This document shows, piece after piece, positions 1-8,994 of a DNA stretch of 64,000 bases. Both the position numbers and the translations under genes were made by a program. This stretch comes from an uncultured Anaerolineae bacterium (lineage in GTDB: Bacteria > Chloroflexota > Anaerolineae > JAADDB01). The stretch covers positions 6,962 to 70,961 of the forward strand of contig CAYPUG010000001.1 in NCBI GenBank assembly GCA_964413905.1, written 5' to 3'. The notes beneath the pieces were generated by a model. The model was not told the origin of the DNA, searched no databases, and was given only the letters and a program-made list of their open reading frames with translations. Each line of letters begins with the position of its first letter. The stretch's first letter is position 1.

Positions 1-147
1 AAACGAACACATCGGGGGCCAGAGTGCGCACATACAACAAAAACGCCAGTATTCCCCAGACTCCCGGTAGCCTCCCCCGTATCGACGGCCAAAAAGAAGG
101 GAGGCGACGCAATACGCCGCCTCCCCCACGCAAAAGGTGCGCCATGT

Positions 148-1251
148 TTACTCCAACCGCTTCTCCGTCTTCGGGTCGAAGAGGTGCATGTGATCCATAT
201 TCACTACCAAATCCACCAGATCCCCATGGCGGACACGCACACGCGGGTCCACCCGGGCCACAAACGCCTTATTATCCGCGGTCAGACAGTACAGGAAGAT
301 CTCACTTCCCATCAACTCCGTCACATCCACTTTCGCCCGCATCTCGCCCGGGAAAATCTCAGGCGGAACGTACGGCTTCGCGTGGATATCCTCCGGACGA
401 ATACCGAAGATCACCTCCTTACCTTTATACTTACGGTAAATCTCGGCCTTATCCGGGGGCACCAGAAGGCGGAAAGAGCCGCCATCGACGAACAACTTGC
501 CGTCCGCCTCCACCAACGTCGCGTCGAAGAAATTCATGCTCGGGCTGCCGATGAATCCCGCAACGAAGACATTGCCCGGGCGCTCATAAAGGTTCTGCGG
601 CGTATCCACCTGCTGGAGCACACCGTCCCGCATGACCGCGATGCGCGTGGCCATGGTCATGGCCTCGACCTGATCGTGCGTCACATAAATAAACGTGGTT
701 CCCAGGCGCTGATGCAGTTTACTTAACTCCGCGCGGGTCTGGACGCGCAATTTCGCATCCAGGTTGGAGAGAGGCTCATCGAACAAGAAAACCTTGGGCT
801 GGCGCACAATCGCGCGCCCGACCGCCACACGCTGGCGCTGACCACCGGACAATTGCTTAGGCTTCCGGTCCAGCAGCTGCTCAATGCCCAAGATGCGGGC
901 CGCCTCATGCACCCGACGGTCAATCTCGTCCTTGGGAACTTTGCGCAACTTCAAGCCGAAGGCCATATTATCGTACACACTCATGTGAGGGTACAACGCG
1001 TAGGACTGAAACACCATCGCGATGTCCCGATCCTTAGGGGGAACATCGTTGACCAATCGGTCACCGATATAAATGTTTCCTGATGTGAGCTCCTCCAAAC
1101 CGGCCAGAAGACGCAACGTGGTGGTTTTTCCACAACCAGAAGGGCCTACAAAGACAAGGAATTCCTTATCCTCAATGTGAAGAGACAAGTCGTTAACCGC
1201 AATAACGTCTCCAAATCGCTTGGTCACGTGTTCAAAGGTTACACTCGCCAT
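148..1251 (-). CDS. Sugar ABC transporter ATP-binding protein, MalK/UgpC family. True start is at MASVTFEHV, not the upstream ORF extension.
   Basis: Walker A GPSGCGKTT, LSGGQRQR signature, Walker B FLFDEPLSNLD and a C-terminal MalK-type regulatory domain. GAGGGAAAT Shine-Dalgarno precedes the ATG at 1251. Confidence 0.85.
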   Translation of the reverse strand: MASVTFEHVTKRFGDVIAVNDLSLHIEDKEFLVFVGPSGCGKTTTLRLLAGLEELTSGNIYIGDRLVNDVPPKDRDIAMVFQSYALYPHMSVYDNMAFGLKLRKVPKDEIDRRVHEAARILGIEQLLDRKPKQLSGGQRQRVAVGRAIVRQPKVFLFDEPLSNLDAKLRVQTRAELSKLHQRLGTTFIYVTHDQVEAMTMATRIAVMRDGVLQQVDTPQNLYERPGNVFVAGFIGSPSMNFFDATLVEADGKLFVDGGSFRLLVPPDKAEIYRKYKGKEVIFGIRPEDIHAKPYVPPEIFPGEMRAKVDVTELMGSEIFLYCLTADNKAFVARVDPRVRVRHGDLVDLVVNMDHMHLFDPKTEKRLE

Positions 1252-1539
1252 ATTTCCCTCGGGCTCCATTAGGATGAGGTCGGAACGACCGCGGAGACCG
1301 AACTCTTCGGTCATCGGCCGGGCCTGGACGGCATCACCGGAGCGGAGCCAAACCCCGTAAGATGGCCGGCAGGGGATCCGACCGATGGGCATGAGCGCCT
1401 ATACCGTTCCCCGAAGTCATCCCCTTATTCAACAGCAGAATACCAAAGACGACCAACAACACAAGGAGAATGTTGAACACCTAAGTTCTCCGTCGACTTT
1501 CACCCCCTTTCCATGATATAACGTTTGGATGCCTCGCCT

Positions 1540-1662
1540 CTGATCGACTGACACCTTGGCTTTGAAGGAAGAAGGGAAATTCGTGGGCTTTTCGCGGCCT
1601 TCGGCCGCGAAAAGCCCACTCTTTACGCCGAAGTACATGAAACGCGATATGTCAGTCGATCA
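1540..1662. repeat. MITE-like element copy A. Terminal inverted repeats CTGATCGACTGACA / TGTCAGTCGATCA enclose a purine-rich tract, a 37-nt GC-rich hairpin (1583-1619) and TCTTTACG.
   Basis: Perfect 13-14 bp inverted repeats 95 bp apart. Internal sequence is homologous to copies at 14661-14765, 44877-44989 and 7505-7610. Confidence 0.7.
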
Positions 1663-1802
1663 AGTCTGATAAACGAACCACATCCGTACATGCATCTCGG
1701 CTTAAAGATACCGGAAAAACTATAGCACAAAAATCGGCGAAAGGTAAAATCCTCCAATTTTCAGAAAATGGACAGGCATCTGGTGAACCCACAACACGCG
1801 CA

Positions 1803-2819
1803 CTACGCCTCACGCATATGCACATCTACCTGAGGGAATGGAATCTCAATGCCTGCCCGGTCAAATGCCTCTTTAATGCGCCGCCGCATTATGCGCTGGG
1901 CAGTCCACTGTTGGCCGCCCTTCACACGGGCCACCAACCGGAAATTAATGGACGAATCGGCCAACGCTTCCGGCCCTAACGGGATGGGCGGTTCCAAGAA
2001 GATGTTGTCGGGATTCTCCTCGTACAACGTTTTGCCGACCTCGGTCAACACATCGAGGACATGTCCCAGGTCACTATCGTAGGCCACACCTACCTCCGCG
2101 ATCGCTCGGGCCCAATCTCGCGTCTTGTTGGACACGGTGGAAATCTCACTGTTGGGAATAATGTGCAGAATACCGTTGAAATCCCGCACCTTTGTCACCC
2201 GCAAAGTCATCTCTTCCACCACCCCGCTGATCCCCGCAATCTCGACACCGTCCCCTACGTGAAACTGATCCTCCAAGAGAATGAAAATACCCGCGATAAA
2301 ATCTTGTACTAACTTCTGTGCCCCCAGACCAACGGCCAAGCCCACCACGCCGGCGCCGGTGAGCAGCGGGGCAATATTAATGTCGAACACATCGAGCATC
2401 ATCGCAGCCGCACTGAACAAAATCACCACTCGGCCCGTCCAGCGGACAACGTTGCCGATGGTCAACACCCGCCGTTCATCCACCGCTTCATAGCGGGGCC
2501 ACCGGGATTTTAAAACGCTCACGGCCAGTTCAACGGCCTCCCATCCCACGTACGCGAACAACACGATAAGCATCACCCGCACGAATACGTCCTGTACCTC
2601 CCCCGCCGCGAAACCAAACGTGTCGGCCAAAAGTCGGATGAGTACATAACCGATGAGGCCGACCAACACCAACGAACCACCACGGCGCCCCACACGAAAC
2701 ATCCACGTTTCCCCTCTCACTATCCGACGTAAGAGCAGCAACAAGATAATTAAGCCGACAAGAAACACGAGATTCATCTCGTTCAAGACGTTCAAAATGC
2801 GGTTCATCAGCAAATCCAT
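1803..2819 (-). CDS. Mechanosensitive ion channel, MscS family
   Basis: N-terminal TM helices followed by the conserved MscS beta-domain (GAQKLVQDFIAGIFILLEDQFHVGDGVEI ... VRDFNGILHIIPNSEI). GGAGGG Shine-Dalgarno lies before the MDLLMNRIL start. Confidence 0.8.
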   Translation of the reverse strand: MDLLMNRILNVLNEMNLVFLVGLIILLLLLRRIVRGETWMFRVGRRGGSLVLVGLIGYVLIRLLADTFGFAAGEVQDVFVRVMLIVLFAYVGWEAVELAVSVLKSRWPRYEAVDERRVLTIGNVVRWTGRVVILFSAAAMMLDVFDINIAPLLTGAGVVGLAVGLGAQKLVQDFIAGIFILLEDQFHVGDGVEIAGISGVVEEMTLRVTKVRDFNGILHIIPNSEISTVSNKTRDWARAIAEVGVAYDSDLGHVLDVLTEVGKTLYEENPDNIFLEPPIPLGPEALADSSINFRLVARVKGGQQWTAQRIMRRRIKEAFDRAGIEIPFPQVDVHMREA

Positions 2820-2957
2820 AAGCCCTCCCTCGGTGTGTTCGAGGATCAATTTCCCCACAAATTATAACACACTCTTCACGTAACCCTTTTCCCCCATCCT
2901 TCATCCATCTAAATGAAAAAGTTTTTCGATAACGTCGGAGTAGGGTATGCTCACTCC

Positions 2958-3407
2958 ATGAAGGACATACACCTCATCATGCAAGCATTGCGAGAGCGGG
3001 GATACCGCATGACCGCAGCACGGCAGGCCATTCTAAACGTGCTGCTGACCAGTACACGTCCTCTTTCGCCTGCAGAACTTCATCGCAAGGCGAGAGAGGC
3101 ATACCGGGGTGTGGGACTGGTGACGGTCTACCGCACTATTGAAGCCCTGATCGACCTGGGCGTACTCCGCCGCGTTCACCGGGAAGACGGGTGTCACGGA
3201 TATGTGTACGTAGGCTATGGACACCGCCACATCGCGGTGTGTCGCGTGTGCGGGAAAGTACTCATTTTCTCGGGCACCGAAGACGTCTCAGTTCTAGAAG
3301 AAAAGTTGGAGAAAGAAACCGGTTTTCGGGTGGATGATCACTTGCTGCAATTCGTCGGCGTGTGTGCCGAATGCCAGGCTAAGGAAAAGGAGGGTGCCAA
3401 ACCATGA
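2958..3407 (+). CDS. zur: Fur-family metalloregulator, probably Zur given the znuACB genes downstream. The alternative start is 2913.
   Basis: Fur-family DNA-binding helix (RMTAARQAILNVL), HxH and CxxC ... CxxC metal sites. Stop overlaps the znuA start. Confidence 0.7.
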   Translation: MKDIHLIMQALRERGYRMTAARQAILNVLLTSTRPLSPAELHRKAREAYRGVGLVTVYRTIEALIDLGVLRRVHREDGCHGYVYVGYGHRHIAVCRVCGKVLIFSGTEDVSVLEEKLEKETGFRVDDHLLQFVGVCAECQAKEKEGAKP

Positions 3408-4327
3408 ATGGACGAATATCACGAATAATGATTGGGATGCTCATCGTTGCACTTGTGGGAAGCATTGGACTGCTGGCGGCATGCCAATCCCCCCGGCCCG
3501 AATCTCCCACGGGAAAAACGCATGAGGGGCCCCTATTGGTCGTGGTGAGTATCGCTCCGCTGGGGGACTTCGTGCGCCACGTGGGTGGAGATCGCGTACA
3601 CGTTGAGGTGTTAGTACCGCCGGGTGCGAGTCCACACACGTACGAACCTACACCCGGCCAAATGACGCTTCTGCACAAAGCGGACGTTTTAGTGCTCAAC
3701 GGCATCGGACTGGAATTCTGGAAGGACAAAGTACTGAACAGCATCAACAACCCAAAACTGCACGTGGTCGTTGCGGCTGAAGGACTCCACGTGGTGCAGA
3801 CGGGTGAACACGGACAGGGAGGCAATCCCCACGTGTGGCTGGATCCCATCAACGCGGCTCTGGAAGTCGCCCGCATTCGGGACGCGCTTATCAACGTCGA
3901 CCCCGGAGACAAGGATGTGTACCTGAGGAACGGCGCCGGTTACATCGAAGACCTGAAGACCCTGGATCGAGATATTATGCTCACCACCGCGACGTTTCCG
4001 AACAAGAAATTCATCGCCTTTCACCCGGCCTGGGAGTACTTCGCCCGACGCTATGGACTGGTACAAGCCGCGGTCATCGAGCGCACGCCGGGGTCGGAAC
4101 CCTCTCCTGGGGAGATCGCCGATATTGTGAGGACGGTGCAGGAAACCGGAGCCCGGGCGATCATCGCGGAGCCCCAATTTTCCACCAAAGCCGCGGACGC
4201 CATTGCTGCGGAGAGCGGGGCGAAAGTGGTGTTACTCAACCCGTTGGGAGATCCCCCGGATTTCGATTACATCAAGACCATGCGCCGTAACTTAGAACAA
4301 TTGAAGCGTGCTATGGCCGGCAAGTAG
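3404..4327 (+). CDS. znuA: Zinc/metal ABC transporter substrate-binding protein (ZnuA/TroA family)
   Basis: Signal/TM N-terminus and a TroA-like fold with conserved His residues. Lies in an operon with an ABC ATPase and permease. Confidence 0.8.
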   Translation: MNGRISRIMIGMLIVALVGSIGLLAACQSPRPESPTGKTHEGPLLVVVSIAPLGDFVRHVGGDRVHVEVLVPPGASPHTYEPTPGQMTLLHKADVLVLNGIGLEFWKDKVLNSINNPKLHVVVAAEGLHVVQTGEHGQGGNPHVWLDPINAALEVARIRDALINVDPGDKDVYLRNGAGYIEDLKTLDRDIMLTTATFPNKKFIAFHPAWEYFARRYGLVQAAVIERTPGSEPSPGEIADIVRTVQETGARAIIAEPQFSTKAADAIAAESGAKVVLLNPLGDPPDFDYIKTMRRNLEQLKRAMAGK

Positions 4328-4427
4328 GAAATTCACGGGATGATCACGGAGACCGTGATCATCCCGTGAATGACTCCCCTCTTTATGACAAACGCGACCC
4401 AGCAGTCCATCAAAGCGAGGAGGAAGG

Positions 4428-5279
4428 ATGACATTACAACAGGTAAAAACAGCAGCCGTGGTGCCCACGGGCAATGAACCTCCTGTTGTGGAATTGCACG
4501 ATGTTTCGGTGGCATTCGACAGTTTGATCGTGTTGGAGAACGTCAACCTGGAGGTTCGGCCCGGCCAGTTCGTCGCCATCATCGGGCCGAACGGCGCGGG
4601 AAAAACCACGCTGTTACGCGTTATCCTTGGACTTATCCGTCCCCAAAAAGGCACCGTCCGCGTGTTCGGCAGGCCACCGTGGGAAATGGGCGACGCGCGA
4701 CAGCGCATTGGATACGTGCCCCAAGTCCTTACTGTAGATCTGAAATTTCCTGTCACTGCGGGGGAAGTGGTCCTCATGGGCCGCTACGGACGCATCGGAT
4801 TATTCCGACGGCCGTCTAAGGCAGACATCGCTAAAGCCCGAGAGGTCATGGCCCAAGTAGGGGTAGAACACCTTTGGAACAAGCACTTCGGCCACCTTTC
4901 AGGTGGACAACGCCAACGGGTTCTCCTGGCCCGAGCGCTGGTCAACGATCCGGACTTACTCATCCTGGATGAACCGACAACCGGCGTAGACGTCACCGCC
5001 ACAGAAACCGTCTACAGTCTGTTACGCCACTTCCACGACCAAGGCATGACCATCATCGTCGTCTCCCACGATGTGGGGGTCGTTGCCACATTCGTGGACA
5101 CAGTTGCTTGTGTGAACCGCAAACTGATCGCACACGGCCGCCCGGAGGAAGTGCTTGGGTCTGAGGAACTGGCCCAAATGTACGGCTGTGATGTGGCCTT
5201 CTTCCACCATGGCCGCGTGCCTCACATGGTCGTCCAACCGGCACCGGAAGAAATAGAAGAGGAGGAGGTGGACTTCTGA
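4428..5279 (+). CDS. znuC: Zinc/metal ABC transporter ATP-binding protein
   Basis: Walker A GPNGAGKTT, LSGGQRQRV, Walker B ILDEPT. Confidence 0.85.
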   Translation: MTLQQVKTAAVVPTGNEPPVVELHDVSVAFDSLIVLENVNLEVRPGQFVAIIGPNGAGKTTLLRVILGLIRPQKGTVRVFGRPPWEMGDARQRIGYVPQVLTVDLKFPVTAGEVVLMGRYGRIGLFRRPSKADIAKAREVMAQVGVEHLWNKHFGHLSGGQRQRVLLARALVNDPDLLILDEPTTGVDVTATETVYSLLRHFHDQGMTIIVVSHDVGVVATFVDTVACVNRKLIAHGRPEEVLGSEELAQMYGCDVAFFHHGRVPHMVVQPAPEEIEEEEVDF

Positions 5280-6097
5280 TGGAGATACTTACATACACAT
5301 TCATGCAGCGCGCGTTACTTTCCGGAACGCTCATCGGCATCCTCTGCGCAACCGTGGGGGTGTATGTGGTCTTGCGCGGGATGTCCTTTATCGGTGCAGG
5401 AATCGCACACGCGTCCTTTGGCGGTGTGGCGGTGGGTTTTTTCCTGGGGATCAATCCCCTACTGAGCGCGGTAGTCTTTTGTTTGCTCGTCGCGTGGGGC
5501 ATTGCCGGAGTGGCCCGATCTGGACAAGTGAAAGAGGATACCGCGGTAGGTGTATTCTTTGCATCCACCATGGCCTTGGGCATTCTCATCATCGGGCTGA
5601 TGAAAGGCTACAATGTGGAGTTGTTCAGTTACCTGTTCGGCAGCATCCTGGCAGTGACCCCGACAGACGTGTGGTTGACCATTGGAATCAGCGTGGGGGT
5701 GTTGGGTGTAGTGGCCCTGCTCTACAAGGAACTGGAGTTCATTACCTTTGACGCGGAGATGGCTCAGGTGGTGGGATTACCCGTGACCGCGCTCTACTTC
5801 CTGCTCCTGACGTTAATTGCGCTGACCGTCGTCGTTTCCATCAAAGTTGTCGGCATTGTTCTCGTTTCCGCGCTCATTGTGACCCCGGCCGCGGCGGCGT
5901 GGCAACTCACATATCGCTTTCGCGTGATGATGGCGTTGTCCATGATGTTCGGAGCCTTTTCCACCATCGGCGGTCTCCTGCTCTCCTATTGGCTGAACAC
6001 AGCCTCCGGCGCGACGATTGTGTTGATCGCGACAACCCTCTTCTTCCTGGCTTTTCTCTTTTCACCCAAACGGGAACGCCCTTTATGGAGCCAATAA
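5279..6097 (+). CDS. znuB: Zinc/metal ABC transporter permease
   Basis: Polytopic membrane protein of the ABC-3 family. Start overlaps the znuC stop. Confidence 0.8.
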   Translation: MEILTYTFMQRALLSGTLIGILCATVGVYVVLRGMSFIGAGIAHASFGGVAVGFFLGINPLLSAVVFCLLVAWGIAGVARSGQVKEDTAVGVFFASTMALGILIIGLMKGYNVELFSYLFGSILAVTPTDVWLTIGISVGVLGVVALLYKELEFITFDAEMAQVVGLPVTALYFLLLTLIALTVVVSIKVVGIVLVSALIVTPAAAAWQLTYRFRVMMALSMMFGAFSTIGGLLLSYWLNTASGATIVLIATTLFFLAFLFSPKRERPLWSQ

Positions 6098-6172
6098 GCG
6101 AGAATCTCTGATCAATATTTTGGGATGTTCGCCGCCGATGACGACGAACATCCCAAAACCCGACTCTGTCTA

Positions 6173-6700
6173 TCAACCACCACGAATGTCCACTTCAACG
6201 CGCAGGAGCATATCTTCCAGATGGGTGTAAGTGGGCAGATGCGCTTTCTCAAGAATGTCCAAGATGCGAAGATTATCCGGATGGATGTAGGCGTAAAGCC
6301 GCGTGATGCCCAAGCGTCGGGCTCGGGCCACCAGTTCCAACAGCAGTTGAGTCCCGATGCCCCGACACTGATAATCATCCCGCACCACGACCGCCGCCTC
6401 CGCCAGGGGGCCATGATCCTCCCGCACACAGCGGGCACTTCCCACGATCTCATCCTTCACCAGAGCCACCAGGGCCACTTCCCGGTTCGGCATGACCTCC
6501 ACCGTCTCCCCGGCTCGCTCTAACAGGGACCTTCCTTCCACGTTGGGGAGAAACGTGTGGAACCGACGATAGCGGGTTTCGGGAGAGAGGCGCAGGAGAA
6601 AGTCCACCATGCGCTGAGCATCGTCGGGACGGACATCCCGAATGAGTACTTCTTGCCCCTCACGCGTCCAAAACCGCTTGACGTTCTCCTGCGCATCCAT
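6173..6700 (-). CDS. GNAT family N-acetyltransferase. Start is at MDAQENV; the longer upstream ORF extension overlaps the next gene and is rejected.
   Basis: GNAT motif A, QCRGIGTQLL. Confidence 0.7.
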   Translation of the reverse strand: MDAQENVKRFWTREGQEVLIRDVRPDDAQRMVDFLLRLSPETRYRRFHTFLPNVEGRSLLERAGETVEVMPNREVALVALVKDEIVGSARCVREDHGPLAEAAVVVRDDYQCRGIGTQLLLELVARARRLGITRLYAYIHPDNLRILDILEKAHLPTYTHLEDMLLRVEVDIRGG

Positions 6701-6704
6701 GGGG

Positions 6705-7481
6705 CTATCGTCCCTTCCACTCAGGTTGACGCTTTTCCACAAATGCGGCCATACCCTCTTTCTGATCCTCTGTGCTGAACAGCGCGTAGAAGAGGAGTCG
6801 TTCGTGCTGGAGACCGGCCTGCAATGTGCTTTCCAACGCGTAAAGCACCGCCTCCTTGCCGAAGCGGACGGCCAACGGTGCGCGGGAGGCGATCTTCGCA
6901 GCCAACTTGATGGCCTCATCCAAGTACGTCTCTACGGGGTAAACGTGATTAACCAGGCCGAAGCGTGCGGCTTCCTCCGCGGTGAGCCGGCGATCGTTGA
7001 GGACCATCTCCATGGTCAAATACTTACCGATGGTTCGCGTCAGCCGCTGAGTGCCTCCGGCGCCGGGGATGATGCCCAGGTTGATCTCAGGCTGACCGAA
7101 CACCGCGGTCTCACTGGCAATAATCATATCGCACGCCCAGGCCAACTCCGCTCCGCCGCCCAAGGCAAACCCAGACACCGCGGCAATGACCGGCTTCTTT
7201 GCCAGAGCCACCGCGTCCCAACCGTCCACAAAAGGTTCGGTTTTCATCTGTACGGGCGTCTTGTTCATCATTTCTTTGATGTCCGCGCCCGCGGCAAACG
7301 CCTTATCGTTCCCGGTGAGCACAATAGCCCGCACACTCTCGTCTTCATCCAATGCTTTGAACGCTTGAGCCAACTCCTTGAGAACGCCCAAGTTCAGCGC
7401 GTTGTACTGCTTGGGTCGATTCAGCCGCACCAGTGCGACCCCCTCTACCGGCTTCTCGATAATCAAGTATTCGTACGTCAT
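6705..7481 (-). CDS. Enoyl-CoA hydratase/isomerase (crotonase family)
   Basis: Crotonase fold with oxyanion motifs (GNDKAFAAGADI, GGGAELA). Strong GGAGGTGA Shine-Dalgarno before MTYEYL. Confidence 0.85.
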   Translation of the reverse strand: MTYEYLIIEKPVEGVALVRLNRPKQYNALNLGVLKELAQAFKALDEDESVRAIVLTGNDKAFAAGADIKEMMNKTPVQMKTEPFVDGWDAVALAKKPVIAAVSGFALGGGAELAWACDMIIASETAVFGQPEINLGIIPGAGGTQRLTRTIGKYLTMEMVLNDRRLTAEEAARFGLVNHVYPVETYLDEAIKLAAKIASRAPLAVRFGKEAVLYALESTLQAGLQHERLLFYALFSTEDQKEGMAAFVEKRQPEWKGR

Positions 7482-7504
7482 GGGATCACCTCCGAAAGGG
7501 TTTG

Positions 7505-7610
7505 ACCTGATGGACGGACTCATCATGTTCTATGTCCCTCGGCATATTAAGAACAGAATCAATCCTTCTGCTCGGCCAAGAGACATGCCCAGAGTTTGAT
7601 CCATCCATCA
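7505..7610. repeat. MITE-like element copy F (a hairpin-less variant) in the enoyl-CoA hydratase/queA intergenic region
   Basis: Starts with CTGATGGACGGAC. Internal segments align with copy C (CATGT..CCTCGGC, GGCCAAG, CAGAGTTT). Confidence 0.5.
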
Positions 7611-7622
7611 TCTCGCAAGGAT

Positions 7623-8702
7623 TTATAAAATAAGCATCGCATCACCGAAGGAATAAAACCGATAGCGTTCTCGAATCGCCTCCTCATAGGCCCGCATCAT
7701 CAACTCCCGTCCCATAAACGCGGCCACCAACACCAACAAGGTAGACCGAGGTACATGGAAGTTCGTGATCAAGGCATCCACCGCACGAAACTCAAAACCG
7801 GGCATAATATACAAATCTGTCCAACCCCGGAAAGGTACCAAAGGGCCTCGTCGCGCCTCCTCAGGAATATCCTCCGGCCATCCCACACGAGCATCCTCCC
7901 CGTGAACGTGCTCCGGATGTGTGGCCGTCTCCAAAACGCGCACGCTGGTTGTACCCACCGCGACGAGCCGCCGGCCTTCGATCTTGGCCCGGTTCAGGGC
8001 GATGGCCGTTTCCACATCCAACTCTGCCCACTCCATGTGAATACGGTGCGCCTCCACATGCTCTTCCGTAATCGGTCGAAACGTGTCCAAGCCCACATGC
8101 AAGGTGACAAAGTAAAACGCGAGCCCTCGCTGCTTCAACCGCTCCAACAAGCGGGGCGTAAAGTGCAAGCCCGCAGTCGGTGCAGCCGCGGAACCCTCCT
8201 CACGCGCGTACACGGTCTGATACCGATCGGGATCGTGGAGGGGCTTATGAATGTAAGGCGGTAAAGGCACATGACCGATGTGCTCCAACACCCCGTTCAG
8301 CGGCCGATTAAAACGCAGCAATCGTCCACCCGCAGGCGTAATGGCCACCACCTCGGCCACAATGTCCGGATCCTGTTCCAGATGTAGGTGCAATCCCGGT
8401 CGGACACGATGGCCGCGCACCAAGGCTTCCCACGTGGTGGCATCCTTGCGCACTAAGAGAAGAATCTCCACACGGCCGCCCGTGGGCTTGCGGGCGAAGA
8501 GACGGGCCGGAATCACTCGAGTATCATTGCCCACCAGAACGTCCCCGGGCTGCAACAGCGTGGGCAGATCGTAAAAACGGTGATGGGCAATCTCGCCCGT
8601 CTCCCGTCTCACCACCATGAGGCGGGCATGATCCCGGGGTTCCACCGGTTCCTGAGCAATCAGATCCTGGGGCAATGTGTAATCGAATTCATCCGTGCGC
8701 AT
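7623..8702 (-). CDS. queA: S-adenosylmethionine:tRNA ribosyltransferase-isomerase
   Basis: Full-length QueA with collinear similarity to QueA (e.g. LPQDLIAQEPVEPRD, FNRPLNGVLEHIGHVPLPPYI). Confidence 0.85.
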   Translation of the reverse strand: MRTDEFDYTLPQDLIAQEPVEPRDHARLMVVRRETGEIAHHRFYDLPTLLQPGDVLVGNDTRVIPARLFARKPTGGRVEILLLVRKDATTWEALVRGHRVRPGLHLHLEQDPDIVAEVVAITPAGGRLLRFNRPLNGVLEHIGHVPLPPYIHKPLHDPDRYQTVYAREEGSAAAPTAGLHFTPRLLERLKQRGLAFYFVTLHVGLDTFRPITEEHVEAHRIHMEWAELDVETAIALNRAKIEGRRLVAVGTTSVRVLETATHPEHVHGEDARVGWPEDIPEEARRGPLVPFRGWTDLYIMPGFEFRAVDALITNFHVPRSTLLVLVAAFMGRELMMRAYEEAIRERYRFYSFGDAMLIL

Positions 8703-8750
8703 CGCGTGGAATGTGCTCCTCCGAGTGCCGGATGGTATGGCCTCATCCTG

Positions 8751-8981
8751 TCACCGAATAAGCCGAATGATCACGTTCAGTATAATGGTTAACAAGATGC
8801 TGATTAAAATCATACTGGTTAGTGGGAAGAAGCAAGAGAAATTGTCCTTCTGGATCACAATATCCCCGGGCAGACGTCCCCAAGGGCCCATACGTCCCAT
8901 CAGCAGGAGAAAACCGCCGATGAAGACCAGAACAACGCCAAGGAACACTAACATTCGTCCCATCTCGGCCAATCCGTTCAT
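8751..8981 (-). CDS. DUF2905 family small membrane protein
   Basis: 76 aa with two TM helices and the GRLPGDI motif typical of DUF2905. Confidence 0.7.
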   Translation of the reverse strand: MNGLAEMGRMLVFLGVVLVFIGGFLLLMGRMGPWGRLPGDIVIQKDNFSCFFPLTSMILISILLTIILNVIIRLIR

Positions 8982-8994
8982 CGCACCACCTCCC

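Noticed and set aside
24-554. 176-aa plus-strand ORF at the window start
   Set aside because: Lies entirely antisense to the well-supported MalK-like ATPase gene and has a low-complexity Pro/Arg/Ser composition typical of antisense frames in GC-rich DNA.
1429-1638. 69-aa minus-strand ORF
   Set aside because: Sits across the MITE-like repeat and hairpin in an intergenic region, with no Shine-Dalgarno and no similarity. Treated as noise.
6173-6919. Longer 248-aa version of the GNAT ORF
   Set aside because: The N-terminal 73 codons overlap the end of the enoyl-CoA hydratase gene and are Arg/Ser-rich junk. The GNAT fold starts at MDAQENV (6700).
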